DNA from: an uncultured bacterium
Lineage (GTDB): Bacteria > Acidobacteriota > Thermoanaerobaculia > Multivoradales > JAHZIX01
Length of the DNA: 64,000 bases
Assembly (NCBI GenBank): GCA_965368975.1
Contig: CBDUPA010000006.1
Span: forward strand, 32,001-96,000
Direction of reading: 5' to 3'
Part shown: positions 39,750 through 50,189 of the stretch, piece after piece
Layout of the letters: every line of letters begins with the position of its first letter
Numbering within the stretch: the stretch's first letter is position 1
Notes under the pieces: model-generated
Seen by the model: the letters and a program-made list of their open reading frames with translations, nothing else
The model's database searches: none
What the model was told of the DNA's origin: nothing
Position numbers and translations under genes: made by a program

Positions 39750-39882
39750 GAGATCTCCTCTTGGGTTGACCCTCCTCTCGACGGGAATCCTAACTCACTC
39801 TTCGCCAGGAGACACGTGTTCTCGACTGCGGAAGCGGGCGTCACCGACGTCAGCGGGAGTTTGGGATAGGATCTGCCGCATC

Positions 39883-40869
39883 ATGAAGAATTCGATGATC
39901 AACTTCCAAGCCGCTTACCAAGCCCTGCGCGACGGCTGTGTCCTCGCTCAGCGAGACGAGCCGGACATCTTGCAACTGCTCGGCGAAGACCGTCTGCGCT
40001 TCTTGAACGGCCAGGTCACCTGCGACGTCGCCGCGCTAGTGCCCGGCAGTGGTGTCTACGGTTTCTTCACCACCGCCAAGGGGCACATCCAGGCCGACGT
40101 CGCGGTGCTGGCGCTGGCAGATCGGCTGTGGTTGCTCCTGCCAGCTGGCCTCGGCGAGGAGATCCGCGAGCGGCTACAGAAGTACATCATCATCGACCGC
40201 GTCGAGGTGCAGCCGCTCACGGGTTGGACGGCGCGCACTCTCGCCGGTCCCACCGCCGCGGTCGTGGCAGCTGAGCTTGGGGCGGTCGACGTGCCGATCG
40301 AGCCGTGGAGCCACCGATCCGTGAGCTCGGTCGGGCACTGGGTGCGCGAGGGCCGCCTGGGTATCGAGGCGCTGACCCTGTGGTTGCCCGTCGAGGCCGC
40401 AGCGGCCACTGACGCCGCGATCGAGCAAGCCGGCTTGGTCGCCGCGCCGCCCGCCGTCCTGGAGACCGTGCGCGTCGAGGCTGGCGAGCCGCGCTTCGGT
40501 CTCGACTTCGGCCCCGACAACCTGCCGCAGGAGACCGGGATCGACGAGGCCGTGAGCTACACCAAGGGCTGCTACCTGGGGCAAGAGATCGTTGCTCGCT
40601 TGCACTATCGTGGTCAGGTCAGCCGCCAGCTGTGCGGGCTGAGCTTCGACCTGGCGGCTGAGCAGGCGCCGCCCGCGCCCGGCACCCAGCTCCTGCTCGA
40701 CGAGCGCGCTGCCGGCACCGTGCGCAGCGTCGTACAGTCCCCGGCAGTGGGCCGGACCGTCGGATTCGGCTTGCTGCAACGCCGGGCCATCGAGCCCGGT
40801 ACCCGTCTGCAGGTGGTCGGTGGTGGCCTGGCCGAAGTCCGAGCGACACCGTTCGTCAGCCAGACCTAG
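39883..40869 (+). CDS. ygfZ: YgfZ/GcvT-family folate-binding protein
   Basis: GEDRLRFLNGQVT, KGCYLGQEIVAR signature. Confidence 0.9.
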   Translation: MKNSMINFQAAYQALRDGCVLAQRDEPDILQLLGEDRLRFLNGQVTCDVAALVPGSGVYGFFTTAKGHIQADVAVLALADRLWLLLPAGLGEEIRERLQKYIIIDRVEVQPLTGWTARTLAGPTAAVVAAELGAVDVPIEPWSHRSVSSVGHWVREGRLGIEALTLWLPVEAAAATDAAIEQAGLVAAPPAVLETVRVEAGEPRFGLDFGPDNLPQETGIDEAVSYTKGCYLGQEIVARLHYRGQVSRQLCGLSFDLAAEQAPPAPGTQLLLDERAAGTVRSVVQSPAVGRTVGFGLLQRRAIEPGTRLQVVGGGLAEVRATPFVSQT

Positions 40870-40886
40870 CCGTCCGTCAGCCCAGA

Positions 40887-41816
40887 CTAGGCGTCACCGG
40901 AAGCGCTGTCTTCCTCGCTGCTCGCTACCTGCCGCAGGCTCTCGCGCCGCAACGAAGCGATCGCGCCGATCAGGCCTGCGAGAGCACCGAGGCCGACCAT
41001 CGCCACCTGCTGGTGCAGGCCGAGAAAGTCGGTGAGCAGCAGCCGGCCCCACAGCGAGTCGAGAGCCTGCGCCTGCAACAAGGCGTAGGCCACGTACAGC
41101 TCCGCCAGGGCCAGCAGGCCACCGATCAGGCCCTGGAACATGCCTTCCAGGTAGAACGGTCCTCGGATGAAAAACTCGGTGGCGCCGACGATGCGCATGA
41201 TCTCGATCTCTTCCTGGTACAGGTAGGCGGTCAAGCGTACGACGCTGGCGATGGTGAAGACGGCGCCGATCAGCAGCACGCCGCCGAGCGTCAAGCCAAA
41301 GCCGCGCACCACCGTCAGGATGGTCCGCAGCTGGCGCAGCCAGTCCCGGTCGTCGTCGACCATGGCTACCGCTGGGTTGGCGCGTAGCTCCTCGCTCCAG
41401 GCACCGAAGGCCGCGAGGTCGAGACCTTCCTGCTGAAACGACACTTCCAAGGACGCCGGTAGCGGCTCGTCGCGCACCAGGTCGGCCATGCTCGGGAACA
41501 ACTCCTCGAAACGGTGCCCGGCCTGTTCGGTGCTCACCGCCTCGACTCCGGTCACCCACGGCGCCGCTTCGAGTTGCTGGCTCAGTTCCTCCATCGTCTC
41601 GCTTCCGGCTGCAGGATGCAGGTAGACGATCACCCGTGCTCGCTGCTGCCATTCGGCGATACGCTGGTCGAGATTGTTGCTCAGCAGCAGCAAGAAGGCG
41701 CAGACGAAGAGGCTGACCGAGATGGTCAAGACCGCCAGCATGCTGACCTTCCAGCTGCGCACCAAGCTGATCAGGGCCTCGTGGACAAAGTAGCGCAGCG
41801 CCTGTGCGTAGGTCAC
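40887..41816 (-). CDS. ftsX: Cell division permease FtsX
   Basis: Four-TM FtsX layout, PLPASL, EIEIMRIVGAT.FFIRGPFYLEG; coupled to ftsE. Confidence 0.93.
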   Translation of the reverse strand: MTYAQALRYFVHEALISLVRSWKVSMLAVLTISVSLFVCAFLLLLSNNLDQRIAEWQQRARVIVYLHPAAGSETMEELSQQLEAAPWVTGVEAVSTEQAGHRFEELFPSMADLVRDEPLPASLEVSFQQEGLDLAAFGAWSEELRANPAVAMVDDDRDWLRQLRTILTVVRGFGLTLGGVLLIGAVFTIASVVRLTAYLYQEEIEIMRIVGATEFFIRGPFYLEGMFQGLIGGLLALAELYVAYALLQAQALDSLWGRLLLTDFLGLHQQVAMVGLGALAGLIGAIASLRRESLRQVASSEEDSASGDA

Positions 41817-42592
41817 GGTGCTCCCTCGCTGGAGTCCGCGGCGACGGCGGTGTCCGGGTCGGTGCCGCCTTCGGCAGCCCCATCCTGTGGGGCTGCCGCG
41901 AAGTCGCGCGAACCGAACTCGCTACCTTCAATGTGCCGATCGTCGACCAGCTCACCGCCGTTGAGCGTCAGCACGCGTTGCCCGACGCGCTGAATCAGGT
42001 CGCGATCATGGGTGGCCACTAGCAGGGTCGTGCCGCGACGGTTGATGTCGAGGAACAGGCGCAGGATCTGCTGCGACAACTCGGGGTCGAGATTGCCGGT
42101 CGGCTCGTCGGCGATCAGCAGGTCCGGCTGATTGATCAAGGCGCGCGCGATGGCGACGCGCTGCTGCTCACCGCCCGAGAGTTCCTGCGGATAAGCGTGC
42201 AGCCGATGCGCCAGGCGTACCTGCAGCAGCGCTTCTTCGGCCATCTCGCGCTGCTCGCGGGCGTCGTGACCGAGCAGCCGCGGCAGGAAGGCGACGTTCT
42301 CCAGCACCGTCTTGCGCCGGATCAGCCGGAAGTCCTGGAAGACGATGCCGAGCGTGCGGCGCAGGAACGGGATCTTCGCCGGCGGGATCGACGCGACGTT
42401 GCGGCCGTTGACCAGGATCTGGCCGTCCGACGGCACCTCTTCACGGAAGATCAGCTTGAGCAGCGTCGTCTTGCCGGCACCGCTCGGACCGGTCAGAAAC
42501 GTGAACTGTCCGCGCGGAATCTGGAACGACACGTCGTCGAGAGCACGCTGCCCGCCAGGATAGTTCTTGCAGACACGGAAGAATTGGATCAA
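41813..42592 (-). CDS. ftsE: Cell division ATP-binding protein FtsE
   Basis: TTG start with GGAG RBS; GPSGAGKTT, IPFLRR.LGIVFQDFRL, LSGGEQQR, ADEPTGNLD. Confidence 0.94.
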   Translation of the reverse strand: MIQFFRVCKNYPGGQRALDDVSFQIPRGQFTFLTGPSGAGKTTLLKLIFREEVPSDGQILVNGRNVASIPPAKIPFLRRTLGIVFQDFRLIRRKTVLENVAFLPRLLGHDAREQREMAEEALLQVRLAHRLHAYPQELSGGEQQRVAIARALINQPDLLIADEPTGNLDPELSQQILRLFLDINRRGTTLLVATHDRDLIQRVGQRVLTLNGGELVDDRHIEGSEFGSRDFAAAPQDGAAEGGTDPDTAVAADSSEGAP

Positions 42593-42608
42593 GGCAGACT
42601 CCGAGCGC

Positions 42609-44162
42609 TCATGAGGGATCCTGGGTGTCGTCGGCGGGCAGCTCCTGCTGCAGCAAGCGTGCGACCGCCTTCGGATCGGCACGACCGGCCGAGCGCTGCA
42701 TCACCTTGCCGACGAAGAAGCCGAGCAGGGCCCTCTTGCCCGACGCGTAGGCTGCGACCTGCACGGGGTGTTCATCGACCACCGCTGCCATCCAAGTCCG
42801 CAGCTGCTGGTCGTCGCGCACCTGTCGCAGTCCCAGCCGATCGATCGCGTCCGACGGTGCTTCCTCGCTGCACCGGATCGCGTCGAACACCGCTTTGCCG
42901 GCGCCCACCGACAGCGTCCCGTCGGCGATATGTTCCACCAATTCGGCCAGGTGTCGAGGCGAGATCACGTCGTGTGGGGACGACCCGTCCATACTTCCAG
43001 CGTTCTGCGCCGCCGTGCTCGTCGATGCCTTGATCTCGCGCAGCACCTCGGTCCGGACCCAGTTCGCAACCGTCCGTGCCAGTTCCGGACGCGCGTGGTG
43101 GATGGCGTCGTCCACGTAGTCCGCGAGCTGCCGGCTGTGCGTGAGTGCGTGCGCCTCCTCGGGGTCCAGGCCCAGCGTTTCGATCAGCCGCTGGCGTCGC
43201 TGCCAGGGCAGCTCGGGAAGTTGCTTGCGACTTTGTTCGACGTAGCTGTCCCCGAGCTGGAGCGGTGGCAGGTCCGGATCCGGGAAGTAGCGATAGTCTT
43301 GACTGTCTTCCTTGTCGCGCATCACCCAGGTCTCCCCCAGCTCGGCATTCCAGCCTCTCGTTTCAGGCTGGACGGTACCACCCTGTAGCAGCATGGCTGT
43401 CTGCCGCTCGATCTCATACGCCAGGGCGCGTGCGACGTTGCGGAACGAGTTCAAGTTCTTGATCTCCACCCGCGTACCGAACGCGGCCTCGTAGCTCTCT
43501 TGCTCGGCAGGTTTGTCCGCAACCGGTCGCAAAGAGACGTTGGCGTCACAGCGCAGACCGCCCTCTTCCATATGAGCGTCGCCCACTTCTGTGTAGCGCA
43601 CCAACTGGTGCAGGGAGCGGAGATAGTCGGCAGCCTGCTCAGGCGTGCGCAGTTGCGGTTCCGACACGATCTCGGCCAGCGGCACACCGGCTCGGTTGAA
43701 GTCGACGCCACTCATCGCCTCGTCGCCGCTCGCGCCGTCCGCGGCCAGTGCGACGGCATGCACCAGCTTGCCCGCATCCTCTTCCAGGTGCAGCTGCTGG
43801 ATTCCGATCTCGAGCGCGTGTCGGGTCAAGGGTAGACGGCCTCCGGTAGCCAGGGGGTGGTCATACTGCGTGATCTGGTAGCCCTTCGGTAGGTCCGGAT
43901 AGAAGTAGCTCTTGCGGGCAAATTCGGACGTCGTGTGCACCGTGCACCCGAGTGCCAACGCCAGCCGCGTTCCCAACTCCACCGCGCGCCCGTTGAGCAC
44001 CGGCAACGCGCCCGGGTACCCCAGGCACACGGGGCACACCAGCGAATTCGGCGACGCGCCGTAGCGATTCGGGCAGCGGCAGAACATCTTGGTCTGGGTG
44101 CTCAGCTGAAGATGGACTTCCAGGCCGATGACCGTCTCGTAACGGCGTGCGTCCGCGGGCAT
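42609..44162 (-). CDS. gatB: Asp/Glu-tRNA amidotransferase subunit B
   Basis: YETVIGLEVH.QL.T.TKMFC, RKSYFYPDLPKGYQITQY, HLEEDAGK, DFNRAG.PL.EIV, EIKNLNSF, DYRYFPDPDL. Confidence 0.97.
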   Translation of the reverse strand: MPADARRYETVIGLEVHLQLSTQTKMFCRCPNRYGASPNSLVCPVCLGYPGALPVLNGRAVELGTRLALALGCTVHTTSEFARKSYFYPDLPKGYQITQYDHPLATGGRLPLTRHALEIGIQQLHLEEDAGKLVHAVALAADGASGDEAMSGVDFNRAGVPLAEIVSEPQLRTPEQAADYLRSLHQLVRYTEVGDAHMEEGGLRCDANVSLRPVADKPAEQESYEAAFGTRVEIKNLNSFRNVARALAYEIERQTAMLLQGGTVQPETRGWNAELGETWVMRDKEDSQDYRYFPDPDLPPLQLGDSYVEQSRKQLPELPWQRRQRLIETLGLDPEEAHALTHSRQLADYVDDAIHHARPELARTVANWVRTEVLREIKASTSTAAQNAGSMDGSSPHDVISPRHLAELVEHIADGTLSVGAGKAVFDAIRCSEEAPSDAIDRLGLRQVRDDQQLRTWMAAVVDEHPVQVAAYASGKRALLGFFVGKVMQRSAGRADPKAVARLLQQELPADDTQDPS

Positions 44163-44226
44163 AGGCTGCCCAGTTTAGCGCAACTAGCGCCACTGCTTAG
44201 AGCACGATCCGGGTTAGGGTAGGACC

Positions 44227-44733
44227 ATGATCCTGCAAACCATCGACGATTTCCTGCCCTACTACCAGCGCATCCGTCAGCGCACCCTACGCGTCGTGGC
44301 CTGCATTCCGCCCGAGCACATCGAGTGGACCTACCAGGAGGGCAAGTGGACCCTCGGTGACCTCCTGCGTCACATCGCGGCACTGGAGCGCTACATGTTC
44401 GCCGAGAACGTCCAGGGCAAGCCCAGCCTCTACGCTGGCTGCGGCCGTGATCTCGCTGACGGCTACGATGCCGTCGTCGCCTTCCTGGAGCGCTGTCACG
44501 CTGAGACTCTAGAAATCCTCGGCCGTCTGAGTCCAGAAGACCTACAGCGCAAGTGCCACACCCCCGCCGGTACCCCGATCACCACCTGGAAATGGCTGCG
44601 CGGCCTGATCGAGCACGAAATCCACCACCGCGGGCAGATCTACCTCTACCTGGTCATGCTCGGCGTCGAGACGCCACCGCTCTATGGACTCACCGCGGAA
44701 GACGTGCAAGAACGCAGCGTGCACGGAGACTGA
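44227..44733 (+). CDS. DinB family protein
   Basis: WTLGDLLRHIA, HEIHHRGQ motifs. Confidence 0.9.
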   Translation: MILQTIDDFLPYYQRIRQRTLRVVACIPPEHIEWTYQEGKWTLGDLLRHIAALERYMFAENVQGKPSLYAGCGRDLADGYDAVVAFLERCHAETLEILGRLSPEDLQRKCHTPAGTPITTWKWLRGLIEHEIHHRGQIYLYLVMLGVETPPLYGLTAEDVQERSVHGD

Positions 44734-44796
44734 GTCCGGGTCGGTAGAGCCGGAAGAGCGGGCAAGCCTAGCTGTGGATTTGGCGAAGCTGGAAGG

Positions 44797-44870
44797 TGGT
44801 TGGGACGCAGGGATTCGAACCCCGATTCTGCGGTCCAGAGCCGCATGTCCTACCATTGAACGACGTCCCA
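44797..44870 (-). tRNA. tRNA-Gln (anticodon CUG)
   Basis: Minus strand tgggacgtcgttcaatggtaggacatgcggctCTGgaccgcagaatcggggttcgaatccctgcgtcccaacca: cloverleaf, TTCGAA T-loop, encoded CCA, U1-A72. Confidence 0.97.
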
Positions 44871-44882
44871 ATGGGGACCGGT

Positions 44883-44912
44883 ATTGTAATCAGAGGTCCG
44901 GAAGGGCGTCAA
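44883..44912 (-). promoter_or_regulatory. Sigma-70 promoter of tRNA-Gln
   Basis: TTGACG-N18-TACAAT on the minus strand just upstream of the tRNA. Confidence 0.75.
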
Positions 44913-45034
44913 GCCCGGTAGGGCCGGTAGGGATCGATACCTGAGTGCGAACAGTGATGTCAGCCTCTGTCTAGAATCTACAATTGATTGGCTGCAGGCG
45001 AGTTGTCTTCAGCTAAAGATTCAAGGGGTTCGAC

Positions 45035-45791
45035 ATGTTCTCAGTGAGGTGGATTCTCCTCGCCAGCTTCCTGTTCGCAGGGTCATCTCAGGCTTCGTCT
45101 TCAGATCCTCAGGCGGAGGTCTGGACAAGCACGCTTCAGGAGCTTGATCGCGCAATGGACCGCGATGCCAGCCCCGGCGAGGTGATCTGGCTTCCTGTGT
45201 CTAGCTTGGAAACCTTCCTGAACCTGTTTCCAGAGGCGCTTGCCATGCTTGGAGTTCAGGAAGTCGAACAGACTCGCTACGAATTTGCGGTGTCGAACCA
45301 TCTCCGAACTCCGCAGCTCGAGTCAGAGGGGCATGTTGACTGTTGCGCTGCACGAACTTGGGCATGCTCTCGGACTTGATGAAGATTGCTGTTCGGAAAC
45401 AGGAGAGCAGGGCTATCGATCCATCATGACAGCCCCGATAAGACCAGGATCGTCCCCTCCTTACTCGGTCCGGAATTATCATTGTCAAGCGATCGAAGAG
45501 GCCAACCGCTGCGATGATAACGATCAGTCCTGCTGCCTCTACTGCCTACCTCCGGTCCGAGACAAGTGCGAGATCGCCCCGGATAATGCCTCGCTGGCCG
45601 TGCAGTGGTCGGGGGCGGTGCCGGTACCGCTGGCCGCGGATACCTGGCACGAGATCGATGTTACGGGCGCAATCACCGGCAACGGCATCTATACGCTGGG
45701 GCTGGCAACGGTCGCGGACCAGGGGAATCTCGACTTCTGGAGCCGAGAGTCGATCTATTCGCCGGTGCTGGAAATCACCTTCCAGCCGTAG
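45035..45791 (+). pseudogene. Frameshifted secreted metzincin-like protein remnant
   Basis: Signal peptide in the 45035 frame; VALHELGHALGL and a SIM Met-turn in a different frame from about 45335; GC visibly lower than the flanks. Confidence 0.6.
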
Positions 45792-46497
45792 CGCCCGCAT
45801 TCTTACTGAGTACCAGCGAGAAGCGGAACGGAAATCGCCTCCGCAGCTCGACGACGGGTAGGCCTTCACAGACCGCGCGCACTTGCTCCAGGCTCCAGGC
45901 CTGCCGAGCCGAGACGATACCGTCGTGGTACGCGACGCTGCCCGTACCCAGCAGGCGCAGTCCTGGACGGATGAGCAGGCGCAGCCAGGGGCTCTGCTCC
46001 AGGTCGACGACGACGACTCCGTGCCGTGACACGCGCAGCATTTCTGCCAGAATTTGCCGATTGGTGGCGGCGTCGAAGTGGTGGAAGAAGAGGGTGGAGA
46101 AGGACCAGTCGACGGCGTCGTCGATGAAGGGGAGGCGGTCCGCTGGGGCGCAGAGGTTGTGCAGGGTGGTGCTCACCTCCGGCGGCTGCAGGGTGAGGTG
46201 CCGCAGTTTGAGGTCGACGCCGTAGAGCTGCAGATCGAGGCCGCGACGCTGAGCGGACTGCCGCAGGACGTGAGCGACGTCACCGCTGCCCGTGCCGATG
46301 TCCAGGACGCGGATCGGCTCTCTGGGCTCGACTCTGAGTCGAGCCGAGGCTTCCAGCCGGGGCAGCAGGGTGCCCAGCAGCGGACGGTAGCCGAGCAGCA
46401 CGCGGTTGGCGCGGCGCAGGTCGTCTAGCGCGCGGGCGGTTGTCGCGAGGTCGAGGGTGTCACCGTCGAGCAGTTCCGAAGTCGGTGGTGCGGGCAT
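45775..46497 (-). CDS. Class I SAM-dependent methyltransferase
   Basis: ELLD..L.DL.RAN..L.G, VLDIGTGSGD, STLFFHHF, DG..S...A. Confidence 0.88.
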   Translation of the reverse strand: MPAPPTSELLDGDTLDLATTARALDDLRRANRVLLGYRPLLGTLLPRLEASARLRVEPREPIRVLDIGTGSGDVAHVLRQSAQRRGLDLQLYGVDLKLRHLTLQPPEVSTTLHNLCAPADRLPFIDDAVDWSFSTLFFHHFDAATNRQILAEMLRVSRHGVVVVDLEQSPWLRLLIRPGLRLLGTGSVAYHDGIVSARQAWSLEQVRAVCEGLPVVELRRRFPFRFSLVLSKNAGATAGR

Positions 46498-46616
46498 TGA
46501 GTGGCATAATAGCGGCAGAGATCCTCGCTGTGACGACCCAACAAGATCCTCTTCCTCCGCGCCCTGGACTGGTCCGCCGACGGTATGCACCGTTGGTGTC
46601 GAATCGCTCGTCGGGA

Positions 46617-48341
46617 ATGGTTCTGGCATCCGTGGCGCCAATCGCTGCCGCAGCGCTGGCGCTGGTACTGGCGCCGCACTGGAATCTGCTGGCGCCGCAG
46701 GGTCTCCTGCCGGCACCCGCCATGATGCTGGCGCTGTGCCTGGTAGCCATGGTGTGCATGCTGCATCGACCGTTCGACAGCGGCACGCTGGGGGTTGGGG
46801 CGGTGGTGGTGGCGCCGGTGGTGGTCGAGTTGGGGATCCTGCCGGCGACGCTCGTGGCGGTCGGGGCCTACCTCCTGGTGGAGATGCTGCGTCGCCTGCT
46901 GCGCCGCTACTCGCCGATCCCCTTGCTGGAGCGTCGGCGTTTCCTGCGCTCGCTGGAGAGCGGTTCCTTGCTGGTGTTGGCTCTGCTCGGCGGTGGTGTG
47001 TTGGGGCGGGCGACGGCCGGCTGGTTCGGCGACGCGCTGCCCGGCGTCTCGCAGTTGCTGGCGACCGGGATTGGCTACGCGGTGTTGGTGGCGTTGCTCA
47101 GCTTGCTGGACAAAAAGGTGCGACGTCCCCACTTGCCCCTGCCGTGGACGCAGGCGCTGCCTCCGCTGGCGACCGATCTGATCGCCTGGATGATCGGCTT
47201 GCCGGTCCTGCTGGTGGTGCAGGCGCAGGGCTGGGGTGTCGCCGGCGCCTTGCTCATCGGCTTTGCGCTGCTGGCGCTCGACTCGGCACGCAATGCGTTG
47301 CGCCACGGGGTGACGGCGCAGCGGGTGGGCAACCTGGAGCGGCTCAGCCGGGCGACGCGGCGTCTGGGTAGCGAAGAAGCGGAGATGACCGAGGTCGCCG
47401 AGCGCATCCGCATCGAGTGCCAGAACGTGATGCCGTTCCACTGGTTCCAATTCGAGCTGCTGGCGCCCGAGATTCCCTACCACACGTGGTGGACTGGACC
47501 GGACCGCGTGCTGCGCGAAGGGCGGCCCGATCCGCCGCCGCATCCACCGGCGTTGCCGGGCATTCACCGCCGTACCGGCTGGCGCGAGGAAGAGCGCGTC
47601 CTCGAGACCGAGACGGAGCTGCTGGGACGTTTGCGCCTGTGGTGCGATCCGCGGCAGACCGACGACGGCTCGGCCGAGCTGCTCGACGGCCTTCTGCCGC
47701 AGATGAAGGCGTCGGTGCGCCGGCTCTTGCTCGATCGCCAGGCGAAGGTCGATCCGCTCACGGGCCTGGCTCTGCGTCGCGTACTCAACGACAAGCTGGA
47801 TCAGATCTACGCTCTGACGCGCCAGGAAGGTGGCTTCATGTCGGTCGTGATGTGCGATCTCGACCACTTCAAGAAGGTCAACGACACCTACGGTCATGCC
47901 GTGGGTGATCAGGCCTTGGAGTTGGCGGCCGAGGTGCTGCGCGAAGTGCAGCGACCGATGGACCTGGCGGCGCGCTATGGCGGTGAGGAGTTCACGTTGC
48001 TCTTGCCGGGAACCGACAGCCAGGGCGCACAAGCGTTGGCGGAGGAGGTGCGGCGCAAGATCGAAGCTACGCGACTGATGGCCGAAGGGGAGCACGTAGC
48101 GCTGACCATGAGCCTGGGTATCGCCTCGTTCCCGGAGATCACGGTGCACGCTGGCTCGGAGTTGGTAGAGCTGGCAGACGAGGCGCTCTACGAGGCCAAG
48201 CGTCATGGGCGCAACCGATCACTGACCTACCTAGGGGGGCAGAGCTTCCGCGCCGCCGACGGGCATACCGTCGGGGCCGCGGGGGAGGGGACTCCCAAGA
48301 GCACGTCGAGCCAGACCAAGGCACCGCGACTCTTCGCTTAG
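46617..48341 (+). CDS. Membrane-bound diguanylate cyclase (GGDEF)
   Basis: Multi-TM N-terminus; DPLTGL, DLDHFKKVNDTYGH..GD, RPMD I-site, RYGGEEF; start approximate. Confidence 0.93.
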   Translation: MVLASVAPIAAAALALVLAPHWNLLAPQGLLPAPAMMLALCLVAMVCMLHRPFDSGTLGVGAVVVAPVVVELGILPATLVAVGAYLLVEMLRRLLRRYSPIPLLERRRFLRSLESGSLLVLALLGGGVLGRATAGWFGDALPGVSQLLATGIGYAVLVALLSLLDKKVRRPHLPLPWTQALPPLATDLIAWMIGLPVLLVVQAQGWGVAGALLIGFALLALDSARNALRHGVTAQRVGNLERLSRATRRLGSEEAEMTEVAERIRIECQNVMPFHWFQFELLAPEIPYHTWWTGPDRVLREGRPDPPPHPPALPGIHRRTGWREEERVLETETELLGRLRLWCDPRQTDDGSAELLDGLLPQMKASVRRLLLDRQAKVDPLTGLALRRVLNDKLDQIYALTRQEGGFMSVVMCDLDHFKKVNDTYGHAVGDQALELAAEVLREVQRPMDLAARYGGEEFTLLLPGTDSQGAQALAEEVRRKIEATRLMAEGEHVALTMSLGIASFPEITVHAGSELVELADEALYEAKRHGRNRSLTYLGGQSFRAADGHTVGAAGEGTPKSTSSQTKAPRLFA

Positions 48342-48440
48342 CTGGTCGAGGGCTCGACGGACCCTGGTTTCGGCGATCAAAGGTGGTTGGATGGCGTGGT
48401 GGGACTTCTAGAGTCCCGGCTCGGGTGAGATACTGCGAGT

Positions 48441-50120
48441 ATGGCCGATCGGTTGTTGCGCTCTGTGTGTTCACTCGTCTTGCTTGCCGCTGTTGGACTG
48501 CTGCTCGGCCAGCTCGCTGGTTGTGCCGCGAAGCCGGATTCCGGGTCGGACACCACGCCTCCGGTGCGCCATCCCTGGTTGGTCGTCGGTATCGACGGTG
48601 CCGAATGGCGTATCATTCGCCAGCTGTGGGAGCAGGGCGAGCTACCCCATCTCAAGGCGCTGGCCGAGCGTGGTCTGACGACCGACCTGCGCACGAACTA
48701 CGGGGCTTCGCCGGTCATCTGGACCACCATCGCCACCGGCATGACGCCGGATGTCCATGGCATCACGGACTTCGTCGTGGCGACCGAGCACGGGGACATA
48801 CCCGTGTCGTCCGGTGTGCGCCGCGTGCCGGCGATCTGGAACATGGCGTCCTACGCTGACCGGCGCGTGGCGGTGCTGGGTTGGTGGGCGTCGTGGCCGG
48901 CCGAGCCGGTCGACGGCCTGGTGGTGTCGGACCGCCTGGCGCGCGAACGACTCGACGAGCGGGTCTATCCACCTGAGGCGCTGCCGCGCGTCAGCGCGCT
49001 GCTCCAGGAAGCGCGCGCCGAAGGCGAGGAGAACCCCTTCTTCGGCAACGACATCAGCCGACTCCACGACCGCGTGACGGCGCGTCTGGCCGTCGAGTTG
49101 GTCGCCGGCTTGGCTGGCGACAATGGGCACGAAACGAAACGCGAGAGCGGCTATGACCTCGTGCTCGCCTACTTTCGCGGCGTCGATATCGTCAGCCACG
49201 GTACCTGGAAGTACTTTCGCCCGGGAGCCTTTCCGGATCAGGACCTGACGGGCACGGCGCCGGAGCTGGCACGGCGGATTCCCGCCGAGTACGCGGCGAT
49301 CGACGCGGCGTTGGGTGAGCTAGTGCGAACGGCCGGGGATCGTTGGAACATCCTGGTGATTTCAGACCACGGCTTCCATGCCGCGCGGCCCGAGATCGTT
49401 CGCGCGTTCGTCGATTTCGACCGTGTCCTCGAGCGGTTGGGGTACCTGCAGCGCCGTACCGACGGTAGCGTCGACTTCGAACGGAGCGCGGTCTACACCC
49501 ACGCATCGCCGGATTTCCGCCCACACAAGAACCTGCGCTTTGGTGACGCTGTGCAGCAACCGGAGCAGCTCATCACGCGCTTGCAGAAGGACCTGGAGCG
49601 CATCACTTGGAGCAATGGTGCCCCGGCTTTGCAGCCGCGGCCGGCCGGGCCGGGAGAAGCGGAAGCCGGGGTCGACCTGGTCGTCGAGGTGCAGTTGCGG
49701 GACTTGCTCGAGCCGCTGCTCCTGGATGGAGCGGCGGCGCCGATGGCCGGGGTGCTGAAGCAGCTCAGCCGCATCTCCGGGACTCATGGCCAGCACACGC
49801 ATGGCATTCTGCTGGCCGCGGGGCCGGACATCGCCGCGGGTCCGGGTAGCGCGGGAGGCACGGTCCCGGAGCGGATCCGGATCCATGACATCACGCCGAC
49901 GCTGCTCTATGGCCTTGGGCTGCCGGTGGCTGAGAATTTCGCTGGCACCGCGCGCACGGAGTTGTTCTCGGAGAGCTTCCGCCGTCGTTCACCCTTGCGC
50001 ACCGTGCCCGCCTGGGAGTTGCCTGCCGGGGAGTCGTCAGACGGGGCTGCAAGCGGTGCCCAAGCGTCCCCGGTGGATGCGGAGCTGGAGCGCGAGCTGC
50101 GTGCCCTCGGCTACCTGTAA
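48441..50120 (+). CDS. Alkaline phosphatase superfamily (nucleotide pyrophosphatase/phosphodiesterase-like) lipoprotein
   Basis: Lipobox LAGC; VGIDGAEW, SPVIWTTIATG..P..HGI, SDHGF, LRALGYL. Confidence 0.88.
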   Translation: MADRLLRSVCSLVLLAAVGLLLGQLAGCAAKPDSGSDTTPPVRHPWLVVGIDGAEWRIIRQLWEQGELPHLKALAERGLTTDLRTNYGASPVIWTTIATGMTPDVHGITDFVVATEHGDIPVSSGVRRVPAIWNMASYADRRVAVLGWWASWPAEPVDGLVVSDRLARERLDERVYPPEALPRVSALLQEARAEGEENPFFGNDISRLHDRVTARLAVELVAGLAGDNGHETKRESGYDLVLAYFRGVDIVSHGTWKYFRPGAFPDQDLTGTAPELARRIPAEYAAIDAALGELVRTAGDRWNILVISDHGFHAARPEIVRAFVDFDRVLERLGYLQRRTDGSVDFERSAVYTHASPDFRPHKNLRFGDAVQQPEQLITRLQKDLERITWSNGAPALQPRPAGPGEAEAGVDLVVEVQLRDLLEPLLLDGAAAPMAGVLKQLSRISGTHGQHTHGILLAAGPDIAAGPGSAGGTVPERIRIHDITPTLLYGLGLPVAENFAGTARTELFSESFRRRSPLRTVPAWELPAGESSDGAASGAQASPVDAELERELRALGYL

Positions 50121-50189
50121 GGCCCCTGAGGCTGCCGCGCCGTAGCCGCCGTTGCCCTATTCATGACCTATAAGATAACCTTTATCGTC

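Noticed and set aside
42609-44870. gatB without gatA/gatC, and close to tRNA-Gln
   Set aside because: Split gatCAB is common, and the proximity fits ordinary indirect Gln-tRNA synthesis.
44733-45035. tRNA-Gln as a prophage or island integration site
   Set aside because: No integrase or duplicated tRNA 3' end is seen, and the low-GC segment lies on the 5' side of the tRNA.
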